Part shown: positions 53,088 through 64,000 of the stretch, one piece after another
Numbering within the stretch: the stretch's first letter is position 1
Layout of the letters: each line of letters starts with the position of its first letter
Assembly: GCA_026023565.1 (NCBI GenBank)
Contig: JAPETS010000023.1
Coordinates: 434,001 to 498,000 of the forward strand
Direction of reading: 5' to 3'
Source of the DNA: Cirrosporium novae-zelandiae
Taxonomy: Eukaryota
DNA: 64,000 nt
The notes under the pieces: model-generated
Database searches by the model: none
Told to the model about the DNA's origin: nothing
Seen by the model: the letters and a program-made list of their open reading frames with translations, nothing else
Made by a program: the position numbers and the translations under genes

Positions 53088-54249
53088 ATGAGGCCACTGA
53101 CTAGAATCGCAATCGCTGCATGCGTCCTCCTAACAATCTGTGCCATCACGGTACACCTTGAACTCCTTCCTTTCCTACCCACTGGCTGGGGTTCGGTAGG
53201 GTCTATATCGATCCAACACCCATCTGAAGATGATTCTCAGAGCTATGCGGACAGTTCCAACTCCTCGGGTGCTATCAGCCCAGCACCAGCCGCCAATCCG
53301 ACAACAGACGGTGAGAATCAAAACGGAGATGCCTTACTGCCAACACCCAAACCGACAGTAAAGGTCGGCGACAAGGTCATCGTGATGGCGAAACTTCAAT
53401 CCGAGGACACAAGTTGGGTTTCAAACGACCTACCTGAGTACGTTTAATTGTCCTGCTTCCCTTTGATCCAAAAAATTTTTTTTTGAGCACACCACTAACC
53501 CCCAATCCTATAAAGCTGGCAAAATGCAATATATACCGTTGACAACACCACCACTCCCCTCCACACCCCCTCTAACAAAGGCAAAGAAAGCATGGCCTAC
53601 CTAACCTACCTAATCGATACCTACCCGGACTTCCCCAGCACCATCGCCTTCATTCATTCCCACAAAAACGGTTACCCAACTGCTTGGCACACCGACACCG
53701 ACGATCATAGCAATGTCCTCTCGCTGAATACCCTGCGTCTCGTTACCGTCCAAAAACAAGGCTACGTAAATCTACGCTGCCTCTGGACCCCCGGTTGCCC
53801 TGATGAAGTCCAGCCCTTCCGGCACCCACCCGATCTCGAGAAACCAGTTGAGCTCATCATGCCCAATGCGTGGAAATTCATGTTCGAAAATACAGCTGTG
53901 CCCAATACCCTCGCCACGACATGCTGCAGCCAGTTCGCGGTGTCCAGGAAGCAGGTGCTGAAGCGGCCCAAGGCGGACTACGTGAGGTTTCGCAATTGGG
54001 TCGAGAGCGTGCATGTGGATGATGATATCAGCGGAAGGGTGCTGGAGTATTTATGGCATGTAATTTTTGGGAAGGACGCCGTACAGTGAGTCTTTCTGAG
54101 TAGTCCCCCTTCCTACAACACCAACAAGTCCGAAAGTGTGGCAGGCATGCTTTATCTATTTATACTAACTTATACGCCTTTTTGCTCGCCTGGCATCCAG
54201 CTGCCCTGATGCCCGTAAATGTTACTGCGACGTATACGGAAAATGTTGA
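53088..54249 (+). CDS. DUF3431 family type II membrane/secreted protein, 3 exons (53088-53437, 53516-54085, 54201-54249), 322 aa
   Basis: N-terminal anchor, EDTSWV, NKGKESMAYLTYLID, FIHSH..AWH, GYVNLRC, CCSQFAVSR, GRVLEYLWHVIFG and CYCDVYGKC. Canonical introns with CTAAC branch points. Confidence 0.88.
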
Positions 54250-54816
54250 AGATATATACCGATCATAAAAAGAAGACCATGTAGATATAATATATATAAC
54301 AAGGACTGGTCAGCCGATCAGTTCCCTAAGAGTCAATACTCAACCAAGAGTATGGATTAGGATAATCATGCCGAAGGAAAGGAAAAGCTCTTGAAAAAAT
54401 TTGGATCTACTTACACTAAGTTTAGAACTTCAATATGACACCCTAACCCCTGCCCTTAAATTCGTTCAATTGATTGACTATCCTTAGTCATGATTTATCC
54501 TCCACATGCATGTATATGTACATGTATATATAGATTTCCGTGTGTATACTCTGTTATTACAAAGTATTCACTGTCTCTTCCCAAGGTTACTTATACAACG
54601 TACGCAAAACACATATAGCATACATGAAACTCGCCCCCCAGGTAGGTCGGTAGCTAACCATTCCCCCGGACATTTCATTTTGCTTTCCATGAACATATCT
54701 CCCAACAAACGAAAATCTCCCACGCTATAAACTTCAAGACTACCTAAAGGGGAACCCGACCATCCCACGTCACTTCTTACGAGCGCATCCACCTTTAAGC
54801 AAACGTACAATGTCAA

Positions 54817-56630
54817 TCAAACATCGGTATTCCGAAACGGGGCCTTCCACTTAATATTCAACTTTCTCCCCTCCTTTGCCGTCTCCGTCGGCTCCACATT
54901 CTCATCCTGCTCCAATTCCGCATCTTCTGTATTCAGCTTCTCCAACACGGCCAGACGTGCTGCATTAGCCGCCTCCTCCGGCGTGGTGCTACTGTTCCTC
55001 CTCACCTCCTCCTTCTCGTGCTCGACATATCGCCTAGGGCGATGCGGACTGATAGCCTCCTTGTCCGTAAAAATGAGTATGGATTGGTTTTCACGGAAGA
55101 GACGGTCAATGTCTTCGAGGGAGCGGTCTGCGGTCTCGGGATAGAGAAAATAGACTATTGGGATGAAGGCGGCATTGAAAATAGTCCAAATAATGTAGAA
55201 GCGCCACTGGAGGTTTTGGATGCCGAGAGGGGTGATCTCGACGACCATGAAGTTGAAGATCCAGTTGGATGCGGTGCCGATGGCGGCGCCTTTTGTGCGC
55301 ATGCTCAGTGAGTTTATCTCTGTTGGATACAGCCAGGGGACGCCTTGCCAGCCAATACCGAAGAAGACGTAGTAAAGGAAAAAGAAGGCAATTGAGGCGG
55401 AGGCAACTTCTTGCTGGTGCGGGTAGCCTGGTTTTTCGTTGAAGTGGATGAGGACTGTGATGATGAGGTAGCAGGCGGATTGACCGGCAGCCGCGTACAT
55501 CATCATTTTTCGACGGCCCCAGCGTTCAACGTTAGGGATGCCGATTAGGGAGAAGAGGAGGTAGGAAACGGAGTTGCAGGCGGCTAAGAGACGGGCCATG
55601 GTGTTGGAGAGGCCGACCGACTGAATGAGCACTGTGGGGAGGTAGTAGGACGTGACGTTGATGCCGGATAATTGCTGCATCGCTTGAGTACCGGCACCAA
55701 GAGCGAGGCGACGAAGTGTGCATGTACCTCCTCGATCGCCAGTTCGACCGCGGACGAGATCGCGCCAGCGGACACTGTTCTCCCGTTCGTACTGGACGGC
55801 ATATTGGATCTCTTTTATTTCTGTGATAACGTAGCCATCTTGGATGTCAAGGTTTTCCAAATCAGCAATTATTTGGGTGGCTTGTTCCGTGTCACCATGG
55901 GCGACAAGCCATCTGGACAGAACATGTCAGCTCACCTATGGTATCAGGACTAAGGGCCAGGATAAGTAACGTACCTCGGGGATTCAGGGAGCCATGGGGT
56001 AGTAGCGTATAGTATGATGATGAAAATGAGCTGGAATGCCAGGGGAAACCTCCAGGAAACCGCTCCGCCAACAAACGAAAATCCGTAGGTCATCCAATTT
56101 GAGAGCGAGAAGCCAGCGATATTCAGAATCATTTCGATAACGACCAGCTTTCCACGCCAACTAACCTTGGAGGTCTCGGATTGCCAGACCGGTGCTGTCG
56201 AGGTATTAAGACCGTTACCTATACCAGCGATAATCCGACCTGCTATCATCTGGCCCACGCTGAAAGCAGAAATCTGAATGATTGCTCCGATAGTCATGAT
56301 GGTTGTTCCTAGTAGGATGGTTTTTTTACGACCGAGGTATTCACCAATAACCACCGCAGCAATGGCACCCACGAAACATCCAATGTCATAGAGTGCGGTT
56401 ACCGTACCGACAAGGCCGGTTCTTCCCACCAGATTGAGGGTTTGAAGAAAATCATCTGTTACGATAACACCTCCTGAAATAGCATATATTAGAACTCATT
56501 CCGTTTCTTATAGCTGCAGGGACCTACCAAAAACACCCTGATCATAACCGAACAATGTCATGTCAGTCGCACAAGCGACAGTTACCCAGAAGGTCAGCCA
56601 TCCTCCTTTCAATCCAAAGTAGGGCTTCAT
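54817..56630 (-). CDS. MFS sugar porter (STL1-like sugar/polyol:H+ symporter), 3 exons (56630-56528, 56473-55975, 55912-54817), 565 aa
   Basis: LFGYDQGVFGG, GRKKTI, APVWQSE, WRFPLAFQ, PESPRWL, QQLSGIN, WLYPTEI and PETA. Splices give an in-frame 1698-nt CDS. Confidence 0.93.
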
Positions 56631-59278
56631 ATTGTCAGTTGAACATGTAGATTTGAATTCAAGGAAGTATCGACCAGCCAGCTGCTTGTTGGCTTTGCTG
56701 TTGACATCTTGACGGGAAATACTGCCATCTTATCTAGGAGAGCCGGCGATTCAGGCAACTCGCTCATATCACATCTGCATATCCAAGTATTGATAATGCA
56801 TGTCCATTGGACAAAGAGTTCCCGATGAACATCATCTTGCAGTGGTGACCTTTTTAACTTTGAGTGTGGGGTAAATGAAATCCGGGGACACTTAGATCGG
56901 TCTAGGGTAAGCCTGCATTGCCTACTGCTTCTTGATACCCCACCGAAATCTGACGAATCGAGTTCAAGGAAACGATGGATGGGACTCTTCAACCTCGATG
57001 AAGAGCCAATCCTGTAGTAACATGTTTGATCGACATTCTTCCGATATTTCGGCCCTTCTGCCAAATGACCAGTCTAATAGTATCCATGACATGCATTATG
57101 AATGCCAAGAAGTGAAGTTTATAGGACAAAAGTTCCGATTGTTTAGGAGACAGACACAGTGGCGAAAGGATAGATCCCCAACACCAATTTTGAGCTTTCC
57201 GATAGCAATAAGAGAGGTTCGAGACCTCTTAACGAGCCTACTAACTCATATCAATCGTTCTATCAAAACGACAGTACAATTAGTGGAGCATCTCCAGGAA
57301 AGCTAGGTAATAAAAGTATATCGGAAATATCATTGATAGGGGTTGAATAGATTGAGTCAATATTGAAAACGATTCAAACGGTACCTCTTTCGCTTGTGGC
57401 AAATCAGGTTACAGGTTGGTCACCTTGTTTGAGCCGCAACCTTCTGAGAAAAAACAGGTGGCGTGGTTGAGTGCTATAGAGTCAATTGCTGTCATCCATG
57501 TAAATATGGCCTTATCAAAGCTAGCCGGTGCCCTTTGCCTTTATCCCCCTCCTTGCTGACTCGGAACTACTTTGCGGGCCTATTAGAGAAAATTTGAGTA
57601 TTATACTTGGTACTAAGTACAATTGATATTGCGTTCGCGAGGGGAGTAGTGGGTTTTGAAGTATGCAAACCTAATCTGCGTGGCATGAAGGCTGTCAAGT
57701 GGTCCCGCAAAACTGCTCGTTATACTTTTTAATATACTTTACTCTGTGAATTGGGTTTTTAATAAGGCCGGAACGACCTTGTTACTCAAGGTCCTTTTTA
57801 TTGATCCTTAACATTGTTGCTACTACTAAACTTTCCACAGATGTATTCGGTTTTGGAAGAACGCCGGGGAGATGCAGGAATCGGGCAGTATGTCGGGCGG
57901 CTTTCAGGAGTTCGCTTCGCCACTACAGCAGAAACGCCACAATTATAATGAGTTCGGAATAGGTTTGCTGTCACGCCTGCACCTCAACTCCAGCCGTAAT
58001 TACAACGGACTTCCGCTTTGTTATTGTCGGCCGGGGCCACAGCTGAAGCAATGCTCACAAAGCCGAAAGTGGGAGATGTGAGGGGCGAAGAACAACTCCA
58101 TTTTAGTTTTTATAGGTGGTTTTCTGTGCTATTAAGGTAGGTAGGTAGGTGTATGAATTGCTTTCGGATATTATCCGGTGAATTGACTTTTTGAGAATAA
58201 TAAAAATTGAAGCTACGAAAGCGGGAACACTTTTTTATTTCCCTCCTCCTCCTCCTCCTCCTCAAAGAGATATGAAAATCTAAGCAATAGTCTAGCTCGC
58301 TCGTTTTTATCACGAAGATGGAGATCTAGGCATTCATTCCATCATGTTCATTCTTGTATAGTAGATCCCTCGTCTCCCGTTGCTGACCCAGGACTTGTGT
58401 CGAGCTCCATTGCTGGTGTTCCGCAGAGTGAGGTAGACGGATAGCCGTATATCGTCACCAAGAAGACGGGAGTTGGACAGTACAGTAACTAGATAAATGT
58501 AACTAGATTAGCTAATTCCAATATTTTACGTTAGTTGGTTAGAACTAGCTGTTGCAAAGTATTTGGAGAAGCAGGAGCAATGGGTGATTCTGATCCCTTG
58601 AGATACAACAGCTCGAACATAGGATGAGAGAAAGAATGACCGTGCATGTGTCGCTCAGCCTTATTACTGTAGTGTCATGGATGCCAAGCATCATGCTCAC
58701 ATGACCTCGTTATATTAGATTCCTTGAGCTCACAGTTTATGGGCCAAGCCAAAGCGCCTGACACAAAAAGGCGGACTCACAAATTGATATATAAAAGAAT
58801 TTAACCACAAATATCTATAAATCCCAACCCCGTTAGACTAAGCATCAAAAAAAAAAGCGATGGATTTGATCAACGAGAAGGAACAACTGGGGAAACCCAC
58901 TTGGCAAATCGGGGATTGTTACTCAGTAGACTGGTTCCGGGTTTCGGGAAACCGATTTACTCAGTAGTTGCTGTTAGGTACAGTACAATGTCAATAATTA
59001 TCTTATAATTAAACTTGAATTAAGAAAGAAAACAGGTCAAGTTGATTATTACAAGTGTAGGTAGGTACTATGTCGGCTGTTCAATCTTCTTAGACTGTTT
59101 TGATTCCCCGACCTCTGCAAGTATGTCATCTGGTCTGCTACAAGTAAGTTATGTAATACTTGGTTCATATACATGGACCTTTTTCTTCCCCTCATTTTTC
59201 AACATTTCCCGAAATTAATGTTCCCGATGAATTACCTTTAGCTAACAACCAGCTCTTGACTCCCTCGGACAACAGTGT

Positions 59279-61045
59279 TTATAATCTCACAACACTGACA
59301 TCTAAGATACCCTCCTCCTCTCTCAACTTTTCCTCTGTCTCTTTCCCCACCTCCCCGTCAACCCCCAAAATCATCAATGCCTCGTTCCCATGCGTTACCC
59401 CCTCATCAGTCTTCATTGCGCTGGCTACATTATTCGTTCTCTCTACCTGTTCTAGCGCTGCCACAGACATGAAATGAATATTGACGCGCTCCTTCCCCAA
59501 CACGCTTCCTACACTTCCGATCTTTCCGGGAGTATCGTAGTTGTGGCAGATGATTAGCGTTCCGGAAGGAATGAAGTTGGTTGCGAACCGGCCTAGGCGG
59601 GAGATGTACAGTGTTTCTACGCTTACGAATCCGCTGATGACATGGCGCTGCGCAAGTCCTGCTTCTGGCCCAGGTACTGGGCCCCGATCCTGAGAGGCAG
59701 AACGGGCAGGACGGGAGTGAAGTGTCACGAGGCTGGAGTAAGTATGTTCGGGCGTGTCTCGCGAATGGGATTCACTAATTATGATGCCGCGCTCGCGGGC
59801 AACAAGAGGAGCGTTGACGATGTTGATATTGCGGCCCTGGTGATCAGATATACTCTCCGTGAGCCCTTTCACTAGAGCAGCAAACAGGGGCCGGGTGTTG
59901 CTGATGTTAGCTATTTCTCCTTCGTAGACGAGATCAAAGGACTGTTGCCCTAATCGAGTTTTCCCCGTCGCAAAGTGCTGTGTGTATAGACTCCCGATCT
60001 TTTCCACTAGTTTCACAAACGGCTGCAACTTTCGGTACTCTTCTGGGAGGATCAAGGGCGCATTGACAGCGCTGGTAGGGAGGTCACCACGGAGAACGGA
60101 GACGACTTGACGGCAAACGTCAATGGAAACATTTTCTTGTGCTTCGACTGTCGATGCTCCGAGGTGAGGGGTTGAGACGACGAGAGGATGAGCAATCAGC
60201 TTCGCGGCAGAACTATCTGACGCTGGAGGCTCGGAAGACCAGACGTCGATACCTGCACCCCCAATGGAACCTTGTTCCAGTGCTTCGAGAAGGGCAACTT
60301 CATCTATCACGCCTCCCCTAGCGACGTTAAGAATTCGAGCAGTCTTCTTCATCGTAGCTAACTCATGGCGAGATATCATGTTTAGGGTGCTTGCAATCAA
60401 TGGCGTGTGGACCGTCAACCAGTCACACATGGGCAGTAACTCTCCCATGCTTCCCACAAGACTAACACGATTTGTGGCCGCAATCTCTGGGCTTGCATAC
60501 GGATCCATTGCGACCACTTTCATACCCAAACCATTAGCCATCCTCGCGACACTCAAGCCTACTTTACCCAGTCCAATTATGCCAAGCGTTCTTCCCTTTA
60601 CCTCGACCCCGACATGTTTGCTACGTTCCCATTTTCCAGACTTGAGAGCAGCGCACGCGCTAGAGACGTTGCGAGCTGTAGCTAGGAGGAGTGCGATGGT
60701 GTGTTCGGCAGCAGCTTGAATATTCCCACTAGGGCTGTTTACAACGATAATGCCTTGTTTGGTGGCGGCTTCAACGTCAACATTATCGACACCAACACCT
60801 GCTCTTGCTATAGCTTTCAGTTTTCGAGCAGCAGAAATGAGCTTCGAGTCGACCTTTGTTTCAGAGCGAATGATGAGGGCATTGTAGTCTCCAATCTGGC
60901 GGAGAAGGTCGTCAGGTTGAAGATCAAGTTTCTGGTGAACGTCTAGGGTCTTGGAGAGGAGGTCAATGCCATCCTGGGAGATTTTCTCGGTGATGAGGAC
61001 GGTTGGACGGTAGGGATGGCTATTAGATGAGTTTGACAAGCTCAT
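59279..61045 (-). CDS. serA: D-3-phosphoglycerate dehydrogenase, long form with ASB-like and ACT domains, 588 aa
   Basis: [24 protein letters not shown] (NAD-binding), NVARGG and [13 protein letters not shown]-terminal [19 protein letters not shown] is ACT-like. Confidence 0.95.
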   Translation of the reverse strand: MSLSNSSNSHPYRPTVLITEKISQDGIDLLSKTLDVHQKLDLQPDDLLRQIGDYNALIIRSETKVDSKLISAARKLKAIARAGVGVDNVDVEAATKQGIIVVNSPSGNIQAAAEHTIALLLATARNVSSACAALKSGKWERSKHVGVEVKGRTLGIIGLGKVGLSVARMANGLGMKVVAMDPYASPEIAATNRVSLVGSMGELLPMCDWLTVHTPLIASTLNMISRHELATMKKTARILNVARGGVIDEVALLEALEQGSIGGAGIDVWSSEPPASDSSAAKLIAHPLVVSTPHLGASTVEAQENVSIDVCRQVVSVLRGDLPTSAVNAPLILPEEYRKLQPFVKLVEKIGSLYTQHFATGKTRLGQQSFDLVYEGEIANISNTRPLFAALVKGLTESISDHQGRNINIVNAPLVARERGIIISESHSRDTPEHTYSSLVTLHSRPARSASQDRGPVPGPEAGLAQRHVISGFVSVETLYISRLGRFATNFIPSGTLIICHNYDTPGKIGSVGSVLGKERVNIHFMSVAALEQVERTNNVASAMKTDEGVTHGNEALMILGVDGEVGKETEEKLREEEGILDVSVVRL

Positions 61046-61203
61046 TTTTTATGATTTGCTAGTAATGATTCTGGGAGAGTGAAAATGCCAGACTTGAGAA
61101 AAAAGCTGTTAAGATAAAGAAAATGGTCAAAGAAGGAAACAATCTCCTTCCTTTCTCAAGGGCATGTCAATTACAATGGTGCATTGTTTGAGACGAAGAA
61201 TGT

Positions 61204-61258
61204 GGGGTAATTTGAGATCTGGGGGTCTGGGGTTTTCTGGGGTCTGGGGTACCAGGGG
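61204..61258 (+). promoter_or_regulatory. Cluster of six G4-G5 tracts, including four CTGGGG repeats, upstream of serA
   Basis: GTGGGG...CTGGGGGTCTGGGGTTTTCTGGGGTCTGGGGTACCAGGGG. Matches the CreA/Mig1 consensus SYGGRG and the G-quadruplex pattern. Function is inferred only. Confidence 0.4.
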
Positions 61259-62280
61259 CATGCAGTTGGTTTCGATTTTATTGGTGAAAATTCCGAGAGG
61301 AGTTTTATAGATATTTGTACTGTACTATACAATGAATCACCATTTCAATTGAAACTACTGGACTTTAAAGTACAACATTCATGTGCTACCCCTCTTAAAA
61401 GAAACTTTGTTTTCTGTAACGGCGCCCTTTCATTCAGAGATTATCGGTGGCAAGTCCTCTGCGATCCCAAATGCTTTCAACAGCTGCATAACATTAACTT
61501 AAAACACCAAGTTTTCAACACGAGAAGTGGAGATGAACTCTAAGAATCCTAATGTGTATGATCAGAGGTAGTAAACTGATGGCAGATAAAGGCTTGCTTC
61601 AGAAGCCGAGATGGGTGTTTTTATGTGCCTATAGAAAACAGCATGTTAGCAGCACTACACTCATATTCACTGCACGTGGATATTAACTATGCACTGCCTT
61701 GATCGGGTGCTATCTACTGTGTAAGCCCTGCAGAACGGCTTCCTGGAATTCACCATTCAAGCCTTGAAAATAGCATGCACACACTTTGATTTATTATAAT
61801 AACATAGAACCGTTATTCTCCGCTCATATTGACAATCCCAATGTTTAGCGACAGTATGTTTTATCACTTCTCAACGGGTATCAGATAGCAGCAAATCCTT
61901 TCCGCACCCTATTGGCAATGCTAGAGCATCCACGACCCCGTAGCAGAGAATGTTGGTATAAAGTTCCTATTCCTAGGATATACTGCGGCGTTGAGGCATC
62001 TATTATAGGCCGAATTTAGAGCAAAAACTAGGCCATATCGTAGTGGCATAAGAATATGCAGCCCTCATCCCGTCTTCGTAGAACTTATACAATATCACCC
62101 CTCACACATTATTAGTCGGTAGTGACTATACATATGAGTATGGTGAACCGCAGTATATGCTGGCACTTTTCCAGGTTTTATCACCTGGACTATTTGACCA
62201 ACCCTTCAGCCTGCTAGCGCTACCTCGACATACCAGTTCTACACTAAAAGCTCGTCGATTTCGGCTTCTAGTTATCCTTT

Positions 62281-63659
62281 TCACCTCCCAAGCTCACCAA
62301 GCATAAGGTTTCGGTCAGAGGAAGCAGAGACGACTGTTACGGAGCCAGTAAGTAAATGTTTAAACCATAGTGACTAGGCCATATCAATGCAAGAGAAAGA
62401 ATAAACTTACTAATTGGTTCATCCCCTGGCGAGAACCGCACGTCATTAACCGTGCCACGGTGCCCTGGTAGCTTGTAAAGAAGCTTGCTAGTTCTCGCAT
62501 CCCATACTACAACACTGCGGTCGCCACTTCCGGCAGCAATCCTCTCTCCCTTGGGATCCCAACTTGCTCGGATAAGATTCTTTTCAAGACCTGCGGGAGC
62601 ACCATCATAAGTGCGGATGTGTCTATCTGTTGGTGCAAAAGGCCGGACATCCCAAGTGCGTACCGTCGAGTCATGAGAATTGGACAATAAGGTCTGCGAG
62701 TCTGGGGACAGGGAGAGAGATGTAATTGTATCGGTGTGACCAGCCATAGTATATGCAACATTCTTTTTTCGCAAATCCCATACTTTAATCACGTTATCGA
62801 TCCCGCCTGAAAATAATTCGTTTCCAGCTTCAGAAAGAGCTACGGCTGTGACTGGGAATTCAGTTTCAATGAAATCAACAGCAGCTTTCTGTCGTGGATC
62901 CCACAGCCCTATATACCCATCATCGCTTCCACTCACAAACATCTCAGAGCCTCGTAGGCTCAAGGCCATGGCATTTACAACTTCCTCGTGACCAACATGT
63001 CGTCTTATTCTTATTCCGGTTTCGAGATCCCAGCTTGCGAGATTTGTATCAGCAGATGCAGAATACAGCGACGGAGTGGTTCGTGACCATGCGAGATCGA
63101 GAATTGCGCCTTTGTGGCCGGTGAGAATTCCGTAATTTTCGCAGTTTCCGTAGGTCCGCCATAGAACTAAAATATCGTTAGTTTTCTTCGTACATTAAAA
63201 GCAGCAGGTGCCTTAGAAGTTTAGGACCCCACGAATATTACGGTCCATGGAACCAGACGCTATATTTTGTCCACTAGGGTCAAATCGACATGCAAAGATC
63301 TCCCCAGAATGGCCTTTCCATCAAATCAGTCTAGTTGTCCCAGAAAACATGCTGTTGTTAGGTTTCAAAGCTCACCGGTTAATTCCATTATTGGAGCTTC
63401 TAACCCGCTGGTACGTGGGACCTATCCTCCCTTCATATCAGTTGAAAGCCCTCTTGAAGCTTGATTCAGCCAGCTCCTTGATATCTGGAATAAGATAAAA
63501 AAACATGGTGATTTAGCTTACCGCTTGAATTAAAGCTCCATTTTGAGCACTATTATTAACCACCGCAATAGAATTGTGGTTTTCATCCGCTCTTGCCCTC
63601 TTAACAATCAATTGGGAGGAACCAAATGCGTCCGAAGCTGGGCGCTTTTCTGCCGACAT
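62281..63659 (-). CDS. SNRNP40: U5 snRNP 40 kDa WD40 protein (Spf38/Cwf17-like), 5 exons (63659-63522, 63421-63376, 63313-63233, 63166-62411, 62333-62281), 357 aa
   Basis: RTSGLEAPIMELTGHSGEIF, ASGSMDR, WDVRPFAP, EKNLIRASW, LYKLPGHRGTVN and SASSDRNLMLGEL. Four GT-AG introns give a 1074-nt CDS. Confidence 0.92.
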
Positions 63660-64000
63660 GGTGATGGCCCTAAATATTGAATAATTGAGGGGACGTAGTA
63701 AGGTGATCAGGTAGTAGAATTAATTATAGCTGCTTCGTTTGAGTCGCTACTTAGTCTTGAAAGGCGTAGAAGAGAGGGTAAGTAGATTGAATAGAGGAGC
63801 TGTGGGTATGTTTAAATTAGATGTGTACGATATCCGAGACTGTAGACGCAAAAGTGTAGTTTACTCATAGTGTTGCTGAGGGTTCTAGAGGCTTCAAAAT
63901 AGACATCGAGGAAGGACCTTGAATTTAGCCGCCATGCGGCGGCTAACAAGCGTAGGCGGTCAATGGTTAGTAGAATCTGGGGAAGCACAAGCCGATTTCA

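Noticed and set aside
56627..59477. Short ORFs of 67-145 aa between the transporter and serA
   Set aside because: No recognisable domains or consistent exon structure; treated as intergenic or antisense.
44622..63498. Numerous ORFs overlapping the eight genes on the opposite strand or in other frames
   Set aside because: Shadow frames of real coding sequence.

Overview
Filamentous ascomycete (Pezizomycotina-type) genomic DNA in two halves. Bases 1 to ~44,600 are an extremely AT-rich block erased by RIP-like C>T/G>A hypermutation that largely spares CpG. Comparing copies and reversing these transitions by hand shows three layers. First, there are six pieces of one Tad1/I-type LINE family. Second, there are two Ty3/Gypsy elements; one is a complete chromovirus with LTRs and a 5-bp TSD, and may carry an antisense Cys6 accessory gene. 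Third, there is a destroyed host gene neighbourhood (CSC1/OSCA channel, two PTH11-like membrane proteins, an O-methyltransferase), mostly present twice in inverted orientation. Bases ~44,690-63,660 hold eight intact genes: viperin (RSAD2), a CYTH thiamine-triphosphatase-like protein, choline sulfatase, aquaporin, a DUF3431 protein, an STL1-like sugar porter, D-3-phosphoglycerate dehydrogenase and the U5 snRNP 40K WD40 protein. The best candidate for an undescribed system is the head-to-head viperin + CYTH triphosphatase pair at the heterochromatin border. This is an inference from adjacency and enzyme chemistry. All family calls come from motif recognition without database searches, and pseudogene boundaries are approximate.
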